Virus record (IMG/VR): IMGVR_UViG_3300013767_000191
Coordinates: 1 to 39,161 of that record
Strand: one strand, 5' to 3'
Length of the DNA stretch: 39,161 bases
DNA from: a virus
Lineage: Duplodnaviria; Caudoviricetes
The notes beneath the pieces are model-generated. The model was given only the letters and a program-made list of their open reading frames with translations. It searched no databases and was not told the origin of the DNA. Made by a program: the position numbers and the translations under genes. This document shows, one piece after another, positions 17,551 to 27,057 of the stretch. Numbering within the stretch: position 1 is the stretch's first letter; each line of letters starts with the position of its first letter.

Positions 17551-17981
17551 CAATAGCGCCCCCATGTGTCCGCATCAAATTGCTGCCGGCGTGAGCGAAC
17601 GCGGATCTCGCCCGGCTCCGGCGCGGCGTGGCCCGTGGGCATGCCCAGGGTGACCACGCCGTCGCGGATGCTTTCCAGCAGCTTGATGGTGTCCTTACGG
17701 CTGTCCTTCACCGCGTCAGGCAACGCGCCCTCGGGGCGGCGCTGGTACAGCCAGTGCCGCGCCAGATACACCACCGCATCCCGCAACACGGTCGGCACCG
17801 GATCGAGCGGCAGGTTGTAGCGGCCCCGAAGGTAGCCATCCACCAGCTCTTCCGCCTGCCGCACGCCGTCCTCGATCACGTTCTCGTTGGGCGACATGGC
17901 GGCCGGGTTATCGTTGGAGAGTTGAATCAGCGTCATCTCCGGGATGGCGTTGCCGATATCGGCGCGGGTGCAGTAGCGCAT
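17550..17981 (-). CDS. Mu gp36/DUF1320 head-tail connector
   Basis: MRYCT...VDGYLRGRYNLPL...ARHWLYQRR. Confidence 0.9.
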   Translation of the reverse strand: MRYCTRADIGNAIPEMTLIQLSNDNPAAMSPNENVIEDGVRQAEELVDGYLRGRYNLPLDPVPTVLRDAVVYLARHWLYQRRPEGALPDAVKDSRKDTIKLLESIRDGVVTLGMPTGHAAPEPGEIRVRSRRQQFDADTWGRY

Positions 17982-17984
17982 GGG

Positions 17985-18965
17985 TTAACCCGCCTTCAAC
18001 TCGACCAGGGCTTCAGGGAACAGGCACATGGCCAACGGGTTAGCCTGGGCTTCCAAGTCCCAGCCTTTGCCCAATTTGCGTTCCTCGGCCTTGCTGTAGA
18101 ACGGCTGGCCGATGGTGTTGACGGTTTCGTTGTAGTTCGCCGGGGCGTTGAACATACGGAACACGCCACGGGCGACCGGGAACACCTGGGCGATATCGGA
18201 TGGAATGAAACGCTGGCCGCTGACGGTGACGTCGTACTCGATGAACTCGATGCCACCGAAGGTAAAGCCGGAGCGCATGTCGCCGCCGATACGGTCCTGG
18301 GCTTCCTGGTAGTGGGCAAAGGCGTCCTTGACCTTGGCGTGATCGGTGAACGCGTCGAACCAATCGGGCCCGCAAAAGGAGCGGAAGCCCGTGACCATGA
18401 CACCGCCCAACTTGGACTCGGCGTAGCGCTTGGCATCCAGGCACGCCTTGCGCACGTTGGTTTGAGCGTTACCCAGCGCAACCGTGATTTTCTTCTGTTC
18501 GACGTCGAACTCGTCAAACAGGTCGAACAGAACCGACCCGTCCGCGTCCAGCAGCTTGCCGCGCAGTGCGCCCACGCGCTGAAACTCACGGGTGGCCTCA
18601 ATGCTGTTTTTCAGCTCCTGCAGGTTGTCGTTGATCACGGTGGCTACAGGCGCGGTGGCGCTTTCCTGACCGAACGCGGCAACGCCCTGCAATTGACTTG
18701 GCAGAATCGGCCGGTTGAGCGGCAGGTGCAGGGTTTCAAACGTGCGGCGCTTACGTTTGCTGCCCTTGATAGGGGCCGGGTCATCATTGCGCGAGGTGTT
18801 GGGCACCAGCACCAGGCGGCCTTCGCGCTCGTCGATGATGACACTGGTACTGGTCACGCCTTTTTCGTCGAACAGCCCCATCGCGCCGACTTTGCCGGGA
18901 ATCGCGGGGAGCTTGTTCACGGCAGCGGTGAGGTTGGCGATGGTGAACATGTCTTGCAGATTCAT
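17985..18965 (-). CDS. Major capsid protein (lambda gpE family)
   Basis: LTAAVNKLP, TREFQRVGALRG, APANYNETVNTIG and QANPL motifs. Confidence 0.9.
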   Translation of the reverse strand: MNLQDMFTIANLTAAVNKLPAIPGKVGAMGLFDEKGVTSTSVIIDEREGRLVLVPNTSRNDDPAPIKGSKRKRRTFETLHLPLNRPILPSQLQGVAAFGQESATAPVATVINDNLQELKNSIEATREFQRVGALRGKLLDADGSVLFDLFDEFDVEQKKITVALGNAQTNVRKACLDAKRYAESKLGGVMVTGFRSFCGPDWFDAFTDHAKVKDAFAHYQEAQDRIGGDMRSGFTFGGIEFIEYDVTVSGQRFIPSDIAQVFPVARGVFRMFNAPANYNETVNTIGQPFYSKAEERKLGKGWDLEAQANPLAMCLFPEALVELKAG

Positions 18966-18978
18966 GGAGTACTCCTGA

Positions 18979-19347
18979 TCAGAGGGCCGTACGGGCGACG
19001 ATGCCCAAGGCAGCGAGTTCGTCCTGCGCGGTGACTTTTTGGGCTTCGGTGATGCCGGCCGGCCAAGCCAACTCGGCAAGGGCGACGACAGCGCCGCGAG
19101 CGATCACCACGCCCGGCTTGTCGCCCGCCGTGGCGTCAACGTGTTCGCCGAGTACCGCTGCGGCCTTTTTGGCGGCGCCGGTGCCGGCGAGGTCGAGCGT
19201 CTGATACTTGCCGGAGACCTTGGCCAGCACCTGCCCAAGCGGGTAGTCGGTGCCGCCCAGCAGCGTTGCTTTGTCTTTGGTCCAGCCGGGGCTGACCTCG
19301 ACCAGCAGTAAGTCGCCCAAGTCTTTGGGCTGGTTAAACGTGGCCAT
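18979..19347 (-). CDS. Head decoration protein (lambda gpD-like)
   Basis: LGDLLLVE...GQVLAK...LAALGIVAR. Immediately upstream of the capsid gene. Confidence 0.85.
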   Translation of the reverse strand: MATFNQPKDLGDLLLVEVSPGWTKDKATLLGGTDYPLGQVLAKVSGKYQTLDLAGTGAAKKAAAVLGEHVDATAGDKPGVVIARGAVVALAELAWPAGITEAQKVTAQDELAALGIVARTAL

Positions 19348-19355
19348 GGGGCCTC

Positions 19356-20375
19356 CTATCGTTTAGAGCGGGCTTCGGCGTCCGCCAGCAATGGGTTGGT
19401 GGGTTGGGTTGCGGTCTTGCCAGCGCGCTGCTTGGTGGCGACCTCGGTGAAGCTGACGCCGCCGGCCAAGTCGCTGAAGATCGCCTTCAGGCCGTCACTT
19501 AACGGCTCGCGGGCATCGTCTTCGCCGAACTCCAGCGGCGTTTCGCTCAACTCGGCGTAGTCCAGTACGGCGATCACAACCGGGGCATGTACCGGCTTCA
19601 TGCCAGCCGCCACCAGCTTCTCGGCGAACGCGACGTTCGCTGTGTGGATAGCGTCATGCGCGGCGGTACGGACGGCCTTGTCGCGTTTGGCGATGTCGGC
19701 CTTCAGGCGTTTGTTTTCCGCCTCCAAGGCGGCTGGGTCTTTGTCGGACATGCTGGTTACCTCAGGGGATCGGTTGGGTTCGGAGAAAGCGGGCTGATCG
19801 CCCGGTTCGGGCTGACGGGCGATTTCGGCGAGGCTGTCGATGGCCCACGACGGAGCCACCTGGTCGGCGGTGTCTTTGTCGAATTTGCCGATGAACCACT
19901 CACGCAAACGGCGCCACATGTCTGAGTTGAGTTCTTGGCCGTAGTCGCCGAACTCGACGACGCCTTCCTCGCCATCAGCCAGTTCAATGGGGCGCAGGCC
20001 TTTCACGGCCGGCGGCTGGGCGCCGAGAAAGCCGACATGGCGCAGGTAATACACGCCGGGCACGGGGTTGTTGGCGGCGTCGGGGTGATAGAAAGAGGCG
20101 GAGATCTTCTTGTAACTGCCCCTGGCCACTTGCTCGGCGAACGTGGCGTCGACCTGCTGTGGCTCGGCGATCAAACCTTGGGCGGTGGCCGTCAGCGACT
20201 TGATCCAGCCGGCGGCCGGGGCGTCGTGTTTGGGATGGCCGATGACCATCGGGGCTTCATGTAGGGCCGGGTCATACGCTTGCACCGTGGCGGCCAGATC
20301 GGACTCGCTAAAGTCGAAACTGACGCCGTTCATCGCGGTGTGCGTGCCGGGTTTGAAGATGTGCAGTGGTTTCAT
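19356..20375 (-). CDS. Prohead protease/scaffold (Mu gpI-like), with probable nested scaffold start at 19751
   Basis: HEAPMVIGHP, YKKISASFY and YLRHVGFLGAQPPAVKGL. An internal GAGG SD precedes MSDKDPAALE. Confidence 0.88.
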   Translation of the reverse strand: MKPLHIFKPGTHTAMNGVSFDFSESDLAATVQAYDPALHEAPMVIGHPKHDAPAAGWIKSLTATAQGLIAEPQQVDATFAEQVARGSYKKISASFYHPDAANNPVPGVYYLRHVGFLGAQPPAVKGLRPIELADGEEGVVEFGDYGQELNSDMWRRLREWFIGKFDKDTADQVAPSWAIDSLAEIARQPEPGDQPAFSEPNRSPEVTSMSDKDPAALEAENKRLKADIAKRDKAVRTAAHDAIHTANVAFAEKLVAAGMKPVHAPVVIAVLDYAELSETPLEFGEDDAREPLSDGLKAIFSDLAGGVSFTEVATKQRAGKTATQPTNPLLADAEARSKR

Positions 20376-20405
20376 GACTGTGCGCTGCGTGGAGGTGATG
20401 CGCAC

Positions 20406-20452
20406 AGCCTGGGCCTATGGGCGGCCCAGGACTTTTAATCGAGTTTAAAGAG
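20406..20452 (-). promoter_or_regulatory. Late promoter copy 3
   Basis: 21-bp motif at 20432-20452, 20-bp spacer, CAGGCT hexamer at 20406-20411. Confidence 0.72.
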
Positions 20453-20510
20453 TGCCGCGTAAAGAAACGATCCTGCTAAATTGACTTCAAGGTATGAGGA
20501 GTTATGAGAG

Positions 20511-21170
20511 ATGACAAAAAAGAAAACGGCACAACCTCCGAAGACTCCAACGTCTAAAACACTCTCCCACACTGAAGCTATGGAACGGATGGCTTCTCGT
20601 ATTCGCTTTGCGGGGAACCTTCTCGATGCCGAAGGAGGCTTGGAAAAATCAAGTTCGATTTACAAAGAGAAGTTTGTTGATCTGTTAAGCCGGCTTCCAG
20701 AGTACCTAGTCGTGGACCAATATTATTTGGCTTTTGGATTCCAGAGTCTCAGGGAATCGGATTTAAAGATTATCCGAGCTGACATGTTGATCGAGCGTGC
20801 AACTCGTTCATTTGCTGAAAGCCGAGCCGCGAGTCCTAAAGTGATCGATAGCTTGCGGCAGTACGCCGCTATTCGGAGTTTTGCGAAAGCAATGACAGAG
20901 CCAGGAGAAACGTCTTGGGTATGGATGGCAGCGAAGCACCTCTCCGATGCCCGTAACAATGTGGCTCATGAATTAGAAAATATCGAGGTCGAAAAACACA
21001 TGGCCAATTTTTATAAGGCCGTTGGAATTCCTCCTGCAGAAAATTACGAGAATTTGGAGCAAGCGGTCATCATTTTGAGCGGTCACATTTTTCAAATGAA
21101 GCAATCTTGGCTTGACCGCAAAGCCGTTTGTGAGCGGCTTTACGCTGAAAGCCAGCAACCAAGAGGCTGA
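20511..21170 (+). CDS. Low-GC moron, helical protein with a HEPN-like RxxxxH motif
   Basis: 219 aa, AT-richer than flanks, contains ARNNVAHE, antisense to the head genes. Confidence 0.7.
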   Translation: MTKKKTAQPPKTPTSKTLSHTEAMERMASRIRFAGNLLDAEGGLEKSSSIYKEKFVDLLSRLPEYLVVDQYYLAFGFQSLRESDLKIIRADMLIERATRSFAESRAASPKVIDSLRQYAAIRSFAKAMTEPGETSWVWMAAKHLSDARNNVAHELENIEVEKHMANFYKAVGIPPAENYENLEQAVIILSGHIFQMKQSWLDRKAVCERLYAESQQPRG

Positions 21171-21279
21171 TGCCACTCACGAGTATTACCGTGTGGCTTT
21201 ATAAAGCATTTACAACGTTTTTGACCCTACCAACTTGATGAACCGGAGCCACACGGCTACCCAATGGCTTCTGAGGGCC

Positions 21280-21756
21280 TCATAGGCGAGCAGCTTTTTG
21301 CAGGTGATGCAGGGCCAGGTCAAGGATCGCTTCCTCTGCTTCGGGCTGAATGACGCCCTCTGCATCCATCGGCAAATAAGGCCGGCTCGGAATGTCTCCC
21401 CAAAGGTGCGGAAATTCCGATTTGTCCCCGCCGAAGTGCATCATCGCCGCATAGGGTTTGTTACTGCCAACCAGCGCTGAGCTATCGGTCGCGGCGCTGG
21501 TGACAGAGGCCGCCAATCCGGCCGAACTGATCTGCAGGATCTGGCCGGGCCAGTTGCCGCTTTTTTCCCGGCGTGCAGTGGTGGTATCGGATAAGTCGGC
21601 CCAGTCAGGCCGCCCCTCACTTTCGAAGTTCTCTTCTGTTTGGCTCAGCAGCTCGGCGGCGGCGGCGCGCATCAGCGGCGCGAGATCGCCAACTGCCCAC
21701 TCGACTTTGCGTAAAGCGTCCTGCAGACGCTGGTGATCCATTTCAACGGTGAACAT
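21280..21756 (-). CDS. Virion morphogenesis protein (Mu gpG/tail completion)
   Basis: NFESEGRPDW, VGSNKPYAAMMHFGG and IPSRPYL. Confidence 0.9.
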   Translation of the reverse strand: MFTVEMDHQRLQDALRKVEWAVGDLAPLMRAAAAELLSQTEENFESEGRPDWADLSDTTTARREKSGNWPGQILQISSAGLAASVTSAATDSSALVGSNKPYAAMMHFGGDKSEFPHLWGDIPSRPYLPMDAEGVIQPEAEEAILDLALHHLQKAARL

Positions 21757-21766
21757 GTTGCGCCTC

Positions 21767-22597
21767 CTAAGCGGCCGCTTCTTTGCGTTTCAATGCCTCG
21801 GCCAGCCCAGTACCTGGCGCGTGATTGAAGCCCGGATCGGTGCGGAAGGTGATGGCCCGGCCTTCGGCATCGGTGGTGCGCAGGCCGGTGACCGTGGCCG
21901 TTCTGATTTCGCCGGTACGCTTGTCCGTTCCAGTCTCCACTGTTTCGGTGAACGAGCGGCCCGCGCTCGATACGACAGTCAGGCCCCGGCGCTTGACGGC
22001 CGCCTCGGTCAAGGCAACCACGCGGCAGCGGCAGTTGAACCCGTTGGGCGGGAAGATCGCCGACCAGATCGGGTCATCGTGGCGGAAGACCTGGCCGTGC
22101 AGCGCCCGGTGACTTGGCCGGGTCTTGCCGTCGAGGATGGCCACGTACATCCAGAACGGGTGCGTCTCGGCGGTTTGCTCCATTTCAGCCTTGCGGCCGG
22201 CCATGTAGGCGCTTTGCAGGTTGGTCTGGTAGATCGTCTTGAGCCGGCGCGGGCTGCCGAGTTGCACCAGCTCCCCGGCGCCTTCGCTATCGACAATCAC
22301 CTGTTGCCCCCACCAGCCCTGGGCTTCCAATGTTGGCTGCATGTTGGCGATAAACTGCTTGAGGGTATGGCCGTCCTGCAGCGCGGTTTCCAGCGCCGCC
22401 CGAATGTCGGACAGCAGATCGAGGCGCATCGCCTTGGCAACGGTGAAGGCCTGGTCGTGCGCCTGATCAAGCATGTCCTGCCAGTTCCAGGTGACCGCGT
22501 AGCCCTTGAACTTGAGGTAGGCGATAGCCTTCGCGGGCTCAAGGCCAAAGATGGCTTTCAGGTCGGTCGGGCTGAGGCGTTTATCCGGGGCGGCCAT
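21767..22597 (-). CDS. Head morphogenesis protein (Mu gpF family)
   Basis: AFTVAKAM, RLKTIYQTN and PPNGFNCRCRV. Confidence 0.93.
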   Translation of the reverse strand: MAAPDKRLSPTDLKAIFGLEPAKAIAYLKFKGYAVTWNWQDMLDQAHDQAFTVAKAMRLDLLSDIRAALETALQDGHTLKQFIANMQPTLEAQGWWGQQVIVDSEGAGELVQLGSPRRLKTIYQTNLQSAYMAGRKAEMEQTAETHPFWMYVAILDGKTRPSHRALHGQVFRHDDPIWSAIFPPNGFNCRCRVVALTEAAVKRRGLTVVSSAGRSFTETVETGTDKRTGEIRTATVTGLRTTDAEGRAITFRTDPGFNHAPGTGLAEALKRKEAAA

Positions 22598-22598
22598 A

Positions 22599-24095
22599 TC
22601 AATCCTCCCGGTCGGCGCTGGCGCTCAGCCGGCCCCAGGTATCAGCGATGAACAACAGGTTAGCGAGCTGTTGCTGAAGCGCCTCGCCATCCATTTGCGG
22701 GAACGCCTCGGCCAACAGGCCGAGCGCCTCTGAATCATCGCGGGCGCGTTGTAGCGCTTCGATGAAGGGGGCCACGGCCTGTTCGGCCTGTTGTTGCAGC
22801 GCTGCGGCAGGCAGACTATCGATGGCCTGATCGAGGGCGATCTGATCCAGTAGCGGCCGCACGGTCGCCTCGGCGAACTCCGGCGAATCGGCGGCGGCCG
22901 GCGCCAGCGCGAGATCGCCGTCCTCCAGGTTGTACGTTCGCTTCCAGTAAGCATTGGTGAACTTCACGCCGGACTCGGTCAACGCCTTGTCGCGCTGGGC
23001 CAGGGTCTTGTCGATTTCCTCCTGTTCCCACAACTCGTACAGCGGCGCCGCAACGTCGGCGCCAAAGTTGAGGTCGACGACCAGGCGAATGCACGCGTTC
23101 AATGAGGCGGCAACAATCCCGGCGTCGCCGTCGCGAATGTCCTTGGTCACCTCGGCGCCCGCCACGGCGCTGGCGCGGTTGCTGTCTTTCTCGGTGGTTT
23201 GGTTTTGCCCGAGCATGGCGACGTTGATTTCGCTCCGGCAGTACTCCAGCAATTCGCGGTAGACCTCGGCGCTGCCGGCTTTGCCGGCGGCTTCGATGAT
23301 TTGCACACTGGAATCGTCCGGGATCGCCGCCACGGCGTCTTGCACCATGGCCTCAAGGCTATCGAGCAGCAAATCAGTTTCGCTATCGGCGGCGCCGCGT
23401 GGGTGCTTGCCGATAACCCACGGGCTGCCGTATTTCTCGGTGAACTGAACCCAAAACTTCAGGCCGCCTTTCATGAAGGTCGCCGGCCAAAAGCACATGC
23501 TCAGATCCGGGAAGCCGTAGGGGTTTGCGTAAGTGGCGTCCTGCCGGGCGACGATAAAGCGCTGGGGGTCGCACAGCTCGCCGTCCTGGCCCGCTTCCTT
23601 GGAGCGAAAACGCAGTTCGTTGTCCTTATCGTAGAAGAACCATTCGGCCGGCTTGCCGAGCAGATCTTCCGGCACTAGGTTCATGCCCACCGGTTTCCAC
23701 ATCAGCTCGACGGGTTGATACCCAAACAGCGGCGCATCGAGCAGCTCGCGAATGATGCGGTCAAGGTCGAGATCGGCGAGCCAATCACGGATAAAGCGCT
23801 CGACCTTGGTGGGCGCAGCGCCACGCTTGACGCCGCGCTCCAGCGACAGCACCGAGGCCTTGCGGCGGCGGACGTTGCCGCCGACCAATGCCGAGCTGCG
23901 CAAATCGCGGTAGACCGTAATGTCTTTGCCCTGAGCCTTGAGGATCGGGTCAGGGTTGGGCAGGTTAACGCCGCTGGAGCCGCTCGCCGTAGAACGCCCA
24001 CGGGTGGCAATGTGTTGGCCAAGCGTAGAGCCGCGTTTGGCCTCGGCGAAGCTGACGAATTCTGTGGGGCTGACCCACAAACCTTTCTTGTTCAT
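22599..24095 (-). CDS. Portal protein (Mu gp29/DUF935)
   Basis: NPYGFPDL, FTEKYGSP and MLGQNQTT motifs. Confidence 0.92.
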   Translation of the reverse strand: MNKKGLWVSPTEFVSFAEAKRGSTLGQHIATRGRSTASGSSGVNLPNPDPILKAQGKDITVYRDLRSSALVGGNVRRRKASVLSLERGVKRGAAPTKVERFIRDWLADLDLDRIIRELLDAPLFGYQPVELMWKPVGMNLVPEDLLGKPAEWFFYDKDNELRFRSKEAGQDGELCDPQRFIVARQDATYANPYGFPDLSMCFWPATFMKGGLKFWVQFTEKYGSPWVIGKHPRGAADSETDLLLDSLEAMVQDAVAAIPDDSSVQIIEAAGKAGSAEVYRELLEYCRSEINVAMLGQNQTTEKDSNRASAVAGAEVTKDIRDGDAGIVAASLNACIRLVVDLNFGADVAAPLYELWEQEEIDKTLAQRDKALTESGVKFTNAYWKRTYNLEDGDLALAPAAADSPEFAEATVRPLLDQIALDQAIDSLPAAALQQQAEQAVAPFIEALQRARDDSEALGLLAEAFPQMDGEALQQQLANLLFIADTWGRLSASADRED

Positions 24096-25699
24096 GCGTA
24101 CCCCTGAGTAATGCGTTTGCCCTGACGGGGGCGGCGTGATTTGACCGACACCGGGCCTGAGCTGACTTCCAGCGTGGCAAAGTTGGCCAGCGCGCCGGCT
24201 CCGGCGAAGTCGCCGTGGCGGTAGAGATCCGGGTCTTTAAGGTCTTGTGAACGGGCTTTAACGATCATCGGAATGCCGTCCACCATTTCAATGGCGCGCA
24301 CGTCCTGGTGCAGCGAGTCATCAAGCGGCAATGTGATTGCGGCGTCCTCAAACAACTGCACGAACTTCGGCATCCAGGCGCCGTACCAGGAGCGGCTGAT
24401 CTTCACCTGCTGAATGCGGTTGTGGCCGAATTCGTCGGCGGTCTCTTCGGCCAATGTCTCCCCGCTGCCGGTGGCGTCCAGAGCGGCGCCGACAAAACGT
24501 GGCAGCCCGCGCAGGATGTAGAACAGAACCTGCTTTTGCTGGCGGGTAGGAACCTTGTGCATTTCCACTACAAACGGCACATCACGGTGCCGGGATTGAT
24601 CAACCGACATCGGGCAAATGATCGAGAAGTCGCGGTGCCGGGCGTAGTCCATGCCCAAGAAGTGCCGAAGATCGGGAGCCAACGCCTGCTGCATCAGGGG
24701 CGTCAGGTAACGTCCAATCCAGTCATCGACATAGGCCTCACGGCGGTAGACCGGCTGCAAAGTAAAGTCATCGTCCAGCGCCAGGCGCAGGACTTCTCGG
24801 CCGGGCCGCATGGCCTCATCGATCCACACGCCGGGGATGCACACGCCGTTGCCATCGCGGGGGATGGCGTCCAGTTCTTCCCGCATCTGCGCCTTGCGCG
24901 GGCCGTAGGCGTTGCGGATCTTCTTGTACCAGGCTTCCTTGTCTTCCGCCGTGGCTTCCTTGCCCGCCATGAAGCACACCCGCTCAAACAAACCGTTGGC
25001 CACGGCATCGTCAAAAGTGGCCCGGTAGACTTCAGCGCTGTCGCCGTAACGTTTGTCCCGGATGTCGTTGACCATCTGGTTGAACGCGTTGCCCTTGCCG
25101 TTGTGGGTGCTGATGATGACGATACGGCCGCCCCAGATCAGGAGCGCCGTGGCGGCATCAAGGACGGCGGAAACGTCGCGGTGAAATGCCGCCTCGTCAA
25201 TGATCACCTTACCCTGCAGGCCGCGAACGCCGGCCGGGTTACTGGACAGCGCAACGATCTTGAAGCCGGAGGCGTAGCGGATGCGGTAGGCGTTGATCTG
25301 CCGGGTGTTGCCGGCTTCGTCCTGGTCATCGAACAGAAACTCCTCAATCTCGCTGACGCCGGACGCCTGAGCCTCGGCCATCACGCGGCTGAACTTGGCG
25401 CAGTAGCCGATGAACTCAAGGCCCTTTTCCTTGGTGTCGCCGATGTAGAAGCAATCCATACCGCCCGCGACTTTTTGCGACGCGGCGGTGATGACCGAAT
25501 CCAACGCCTCGGCGAACGTGATGCCGGTACGCCGGCCTTTTTCACAGAGCTTGATCTGCGCATCAATGCCCAACCATTCCGATTGATGGGCCATCAGAAT
25601 CCCTTCAATAAGCGGGTTGTATCCCTCGGGGATCTCCCGAACGCTTGGCGGAAGTTCGTCCCATTCGATAACGCGCAGTGTACTGGCCGAGGGTTTCAT
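24092..25699 (-). CDS. Terminase large subunit (Mu gp28-like)
   Basis: EKGRRTGIT, IIDEAAFH, ISTHNG, GMDYARHRD and HGD motifs. Confidence 0.94.
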   Translation of the reverse strand: MKPSASTLRVIEWDELPPSVREIPEGYNPLIEGILMAHQSEWLGIDAQIKLCEKGRRTGITFAEALDSVITAASQKVAGGMDCFYIGDTKEKGLEFIGYCAKFSRVMAEAQASGVSEIEEFLFDDQDEAGNTRQINAYRIRYASGFKIVALSSNPAGVRGLQGKVIIDEAAFHRDVSAVLDAATALLIWGGRIVIISTHNGKGNAFNQMVNDIRDKRYGDSAEVYRATFDDAVANGLFERVCFMAGKEATAEDKEAWYKKIRNAYGPRKAQMREELDAIPRDGNGVCIPGVWIDEAMRPGREVLRLALDDDFTLQPVYRREAYVDDWIGRYLTPLMQQALAPDLRHFLGMDYARHRDFSIICPMSVDQSRHRDVPFVVEMHKVPTRQQKQVLFYILRGLPRFVGAALDATGSGETLAEETADEFGHNRIQQVKISRSWYGAWMPKFVQLFEDAAITLPLDDSLHQDVRAIEMVDGIPMIVKARSQDLKDPDLYRHGDFAGAGALANFATLEVSSGPVSVKSRRPRQGKRITQGYA

Positions 25700-26247
25700 T
25701 GCTTCACGCCCAGGAATTTCTGGCGCCAGAACATGGCCTGGTCTTCGGTCATGCCTTTGGCTTTCACCGCGCTATCCAGTTCGGCGGCTTGCTCACGGAG
25801 CAGCCGTTCGCGGGCGGCGCGCTCGATGGTCTGGCGCTCCTTCACGCTCATTGTCCGGGCCTCCATGGTGGCCTTGGCGGCGCGGGCGAGCGCGGACACT
25901 TCGGCGATGGTGACCTCATCCTTTTCATGGGCGCCCATGGCGGCCTGATAGGTCAGCGTCGAGATGGCTTCCACCAGCAGTGCGCCGGTCTTATCCGAAG
26001 AATCCTCGCCGAACGCGCCCACAAACGCCTCGGCCATCTCGCGCTGTTGGCGGGCCTTTTCGGTCAGTTCATCGAAGCCCACTTTGAAACGGCCCAGGGC
26101 GCTGCGGCTTGGGGCTTTCTCGTTGGGGAAGCGCCCCCGGATATCGGCCAGCATGTCGTCGAGTGTCATGCGGTCATCGCGCAATAGCTTCTGGATGTAC
26201 GCCTTGACCATCGGCGGCAGGCGGTTGATCGAGGATTTGCCCGCCAT
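25696..26247 (-). CDS. Mu gp27/DUF3486, putative terminase small subunit
   Basis: KSSINRLP and PSRSALGR. Upstream of terL. Confidence 0.85.
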   Translation of the reverse strand: MAGKSSINRLPPMVKAYIQKLLRDDRMTLDDMLADIRGRFPNEKAPSRSALGRFKVGFDELTEKARQQREMAEAFVGAFGEDSSDKTGALLVEAISTLTYQAAMGAHEKDEVTIAEVSALARAAKATMEARTMSVKERQTIERAARERLLREQAAELDSAVKAKGMTEDQAMFWRQKFLGVKQ

Positions 26248-26249
26248 GG

Positions 26250-26543
26250 TCAGGCCCCCGGCCGCTTGATGCCGGGGGCGCGGGCGCGGCCGGCGGCAAT
26301 GTCCTGCCCGCGCTCGGTGAGGGTCGCTACCTGTACCGGGCCGACGTCAGAAATGCTGAGGGCGCCTTGCTCAGCCAGCCATTGCAGTTCGGTTTTTACT
26401 TGGTCACGGCTAGCGGTATGGCCGTAGTTATCGAGGGCCGTATTCAGCACCGAACTGTTGGCGCGGTAGCCGGGCATTTCCGCCAGCAGCCGCAGAATCA
26501 CCAGCCGCATGTCTTGGCGCAGAAAGTCGGAATATTGGGTCAT
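26250..26543 (-). CDS. Mu gp26-like winged-helix protein
   Basis: RLVILRLL...LQWLAEQG...LTERGQDIAAGRA..PGIKRP. Confidence 0.82.
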   Translation of the reverse strand: MTQYSDFLRQDMRLVILRLLAEMPGYRANSSVLNTALDNYGHTASRDQVKTELQWLAEQGALSISDVGPVQVATLTERGQDIAAGRARAPGIKRPGA

Positions 26544-26845
26544 GTCTTCTCTCGCAGTAGGTAGTCATTGATCCGATCCAGCGAACGGGCTAAAGGGCCG
26601 AGGGCATCCTTGACCCCCGACAGTTCGGCGCGCACGGCCTTCATATCGCCCAGCAAATCGGTCACGGCGGTCTGGTCAGGGAGGTGCCGCACGTGTTCCT
26701 CCAGGGCGACAATGCGGGTTCGCAGCTCCAGCAGTTCTTGAGCGCTCGCCGCTTGGCGTTTGGTCAGCCAGGTGTAAAAACCGAGTACCGTCAGGATCAG
26801 CCACTGCACGGTTTGGAAGCCGAAGTTCATTTCATTCAGGTTCAT
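26540..26845 (-). CDS. DUF2730 (Mu gp25-like) membrane-anchored coiled-coil protein
   Basis: N-terminal TM, then RIVALEEHVRHLP and C-terminal YLL. ATGA coupling. Confidence 0.78.
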   Translation of the reverse strand: MNLNEMNFGFQTVQWLILTVLGFYTWLTKRQAASAQELLELRTRIVALEEHVRHLPDQTAVTDLLGDMKAVRAELSGVKDALGPLARSLDRINDYLLREKT

Positions 26846-27057
26846 CGAAAACCCCGTCGTGTTGAGTGTTTCAGCGCGTCCATACAATTGGCGCAGTGTT
26901 CCGTGCCCGGTTCGTTCTGGCGCCGATCCTCGGGGATCGCATCGCCGCAGGTTTCACAGCGGTAGGCGGAAACGCCGGAGCGGATGAACATCCCGCTTTG
27001 CCGCGCCCGCCGTACAGCCTCTTGGCCGTCGTCTTCCGTAAGGTCGCCTACATCCAT
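26842..27057 (-). CDS. TraR/DksA C4 zinc-finger protein
   Basis: CETCGDAIPEDRR...CANC. Confidence 0.88.
   Translation of the reverse strand: MDVGDLTEDDGQEAVRRARQSGMFIRSGVSAYRCETCGDAIPEDRRQNEPGTEHCANCMDALKHSTRRGFR

Noticed and set aside
20453-21279. Anti-CRISPR/aca locus at the gpG-protease slot
   Set aside because: It holds a single 219-aa gene on the opposite strand, with no small acr ORFs and no aca HTH gene.
24308-25948. Long antisense ORFs (also 8588-9676, 17628-19034, 33800-34666, 35146-35997)
   Set aside because: These are shadow frames of high-GC genes with clear family motifs on the other strand.
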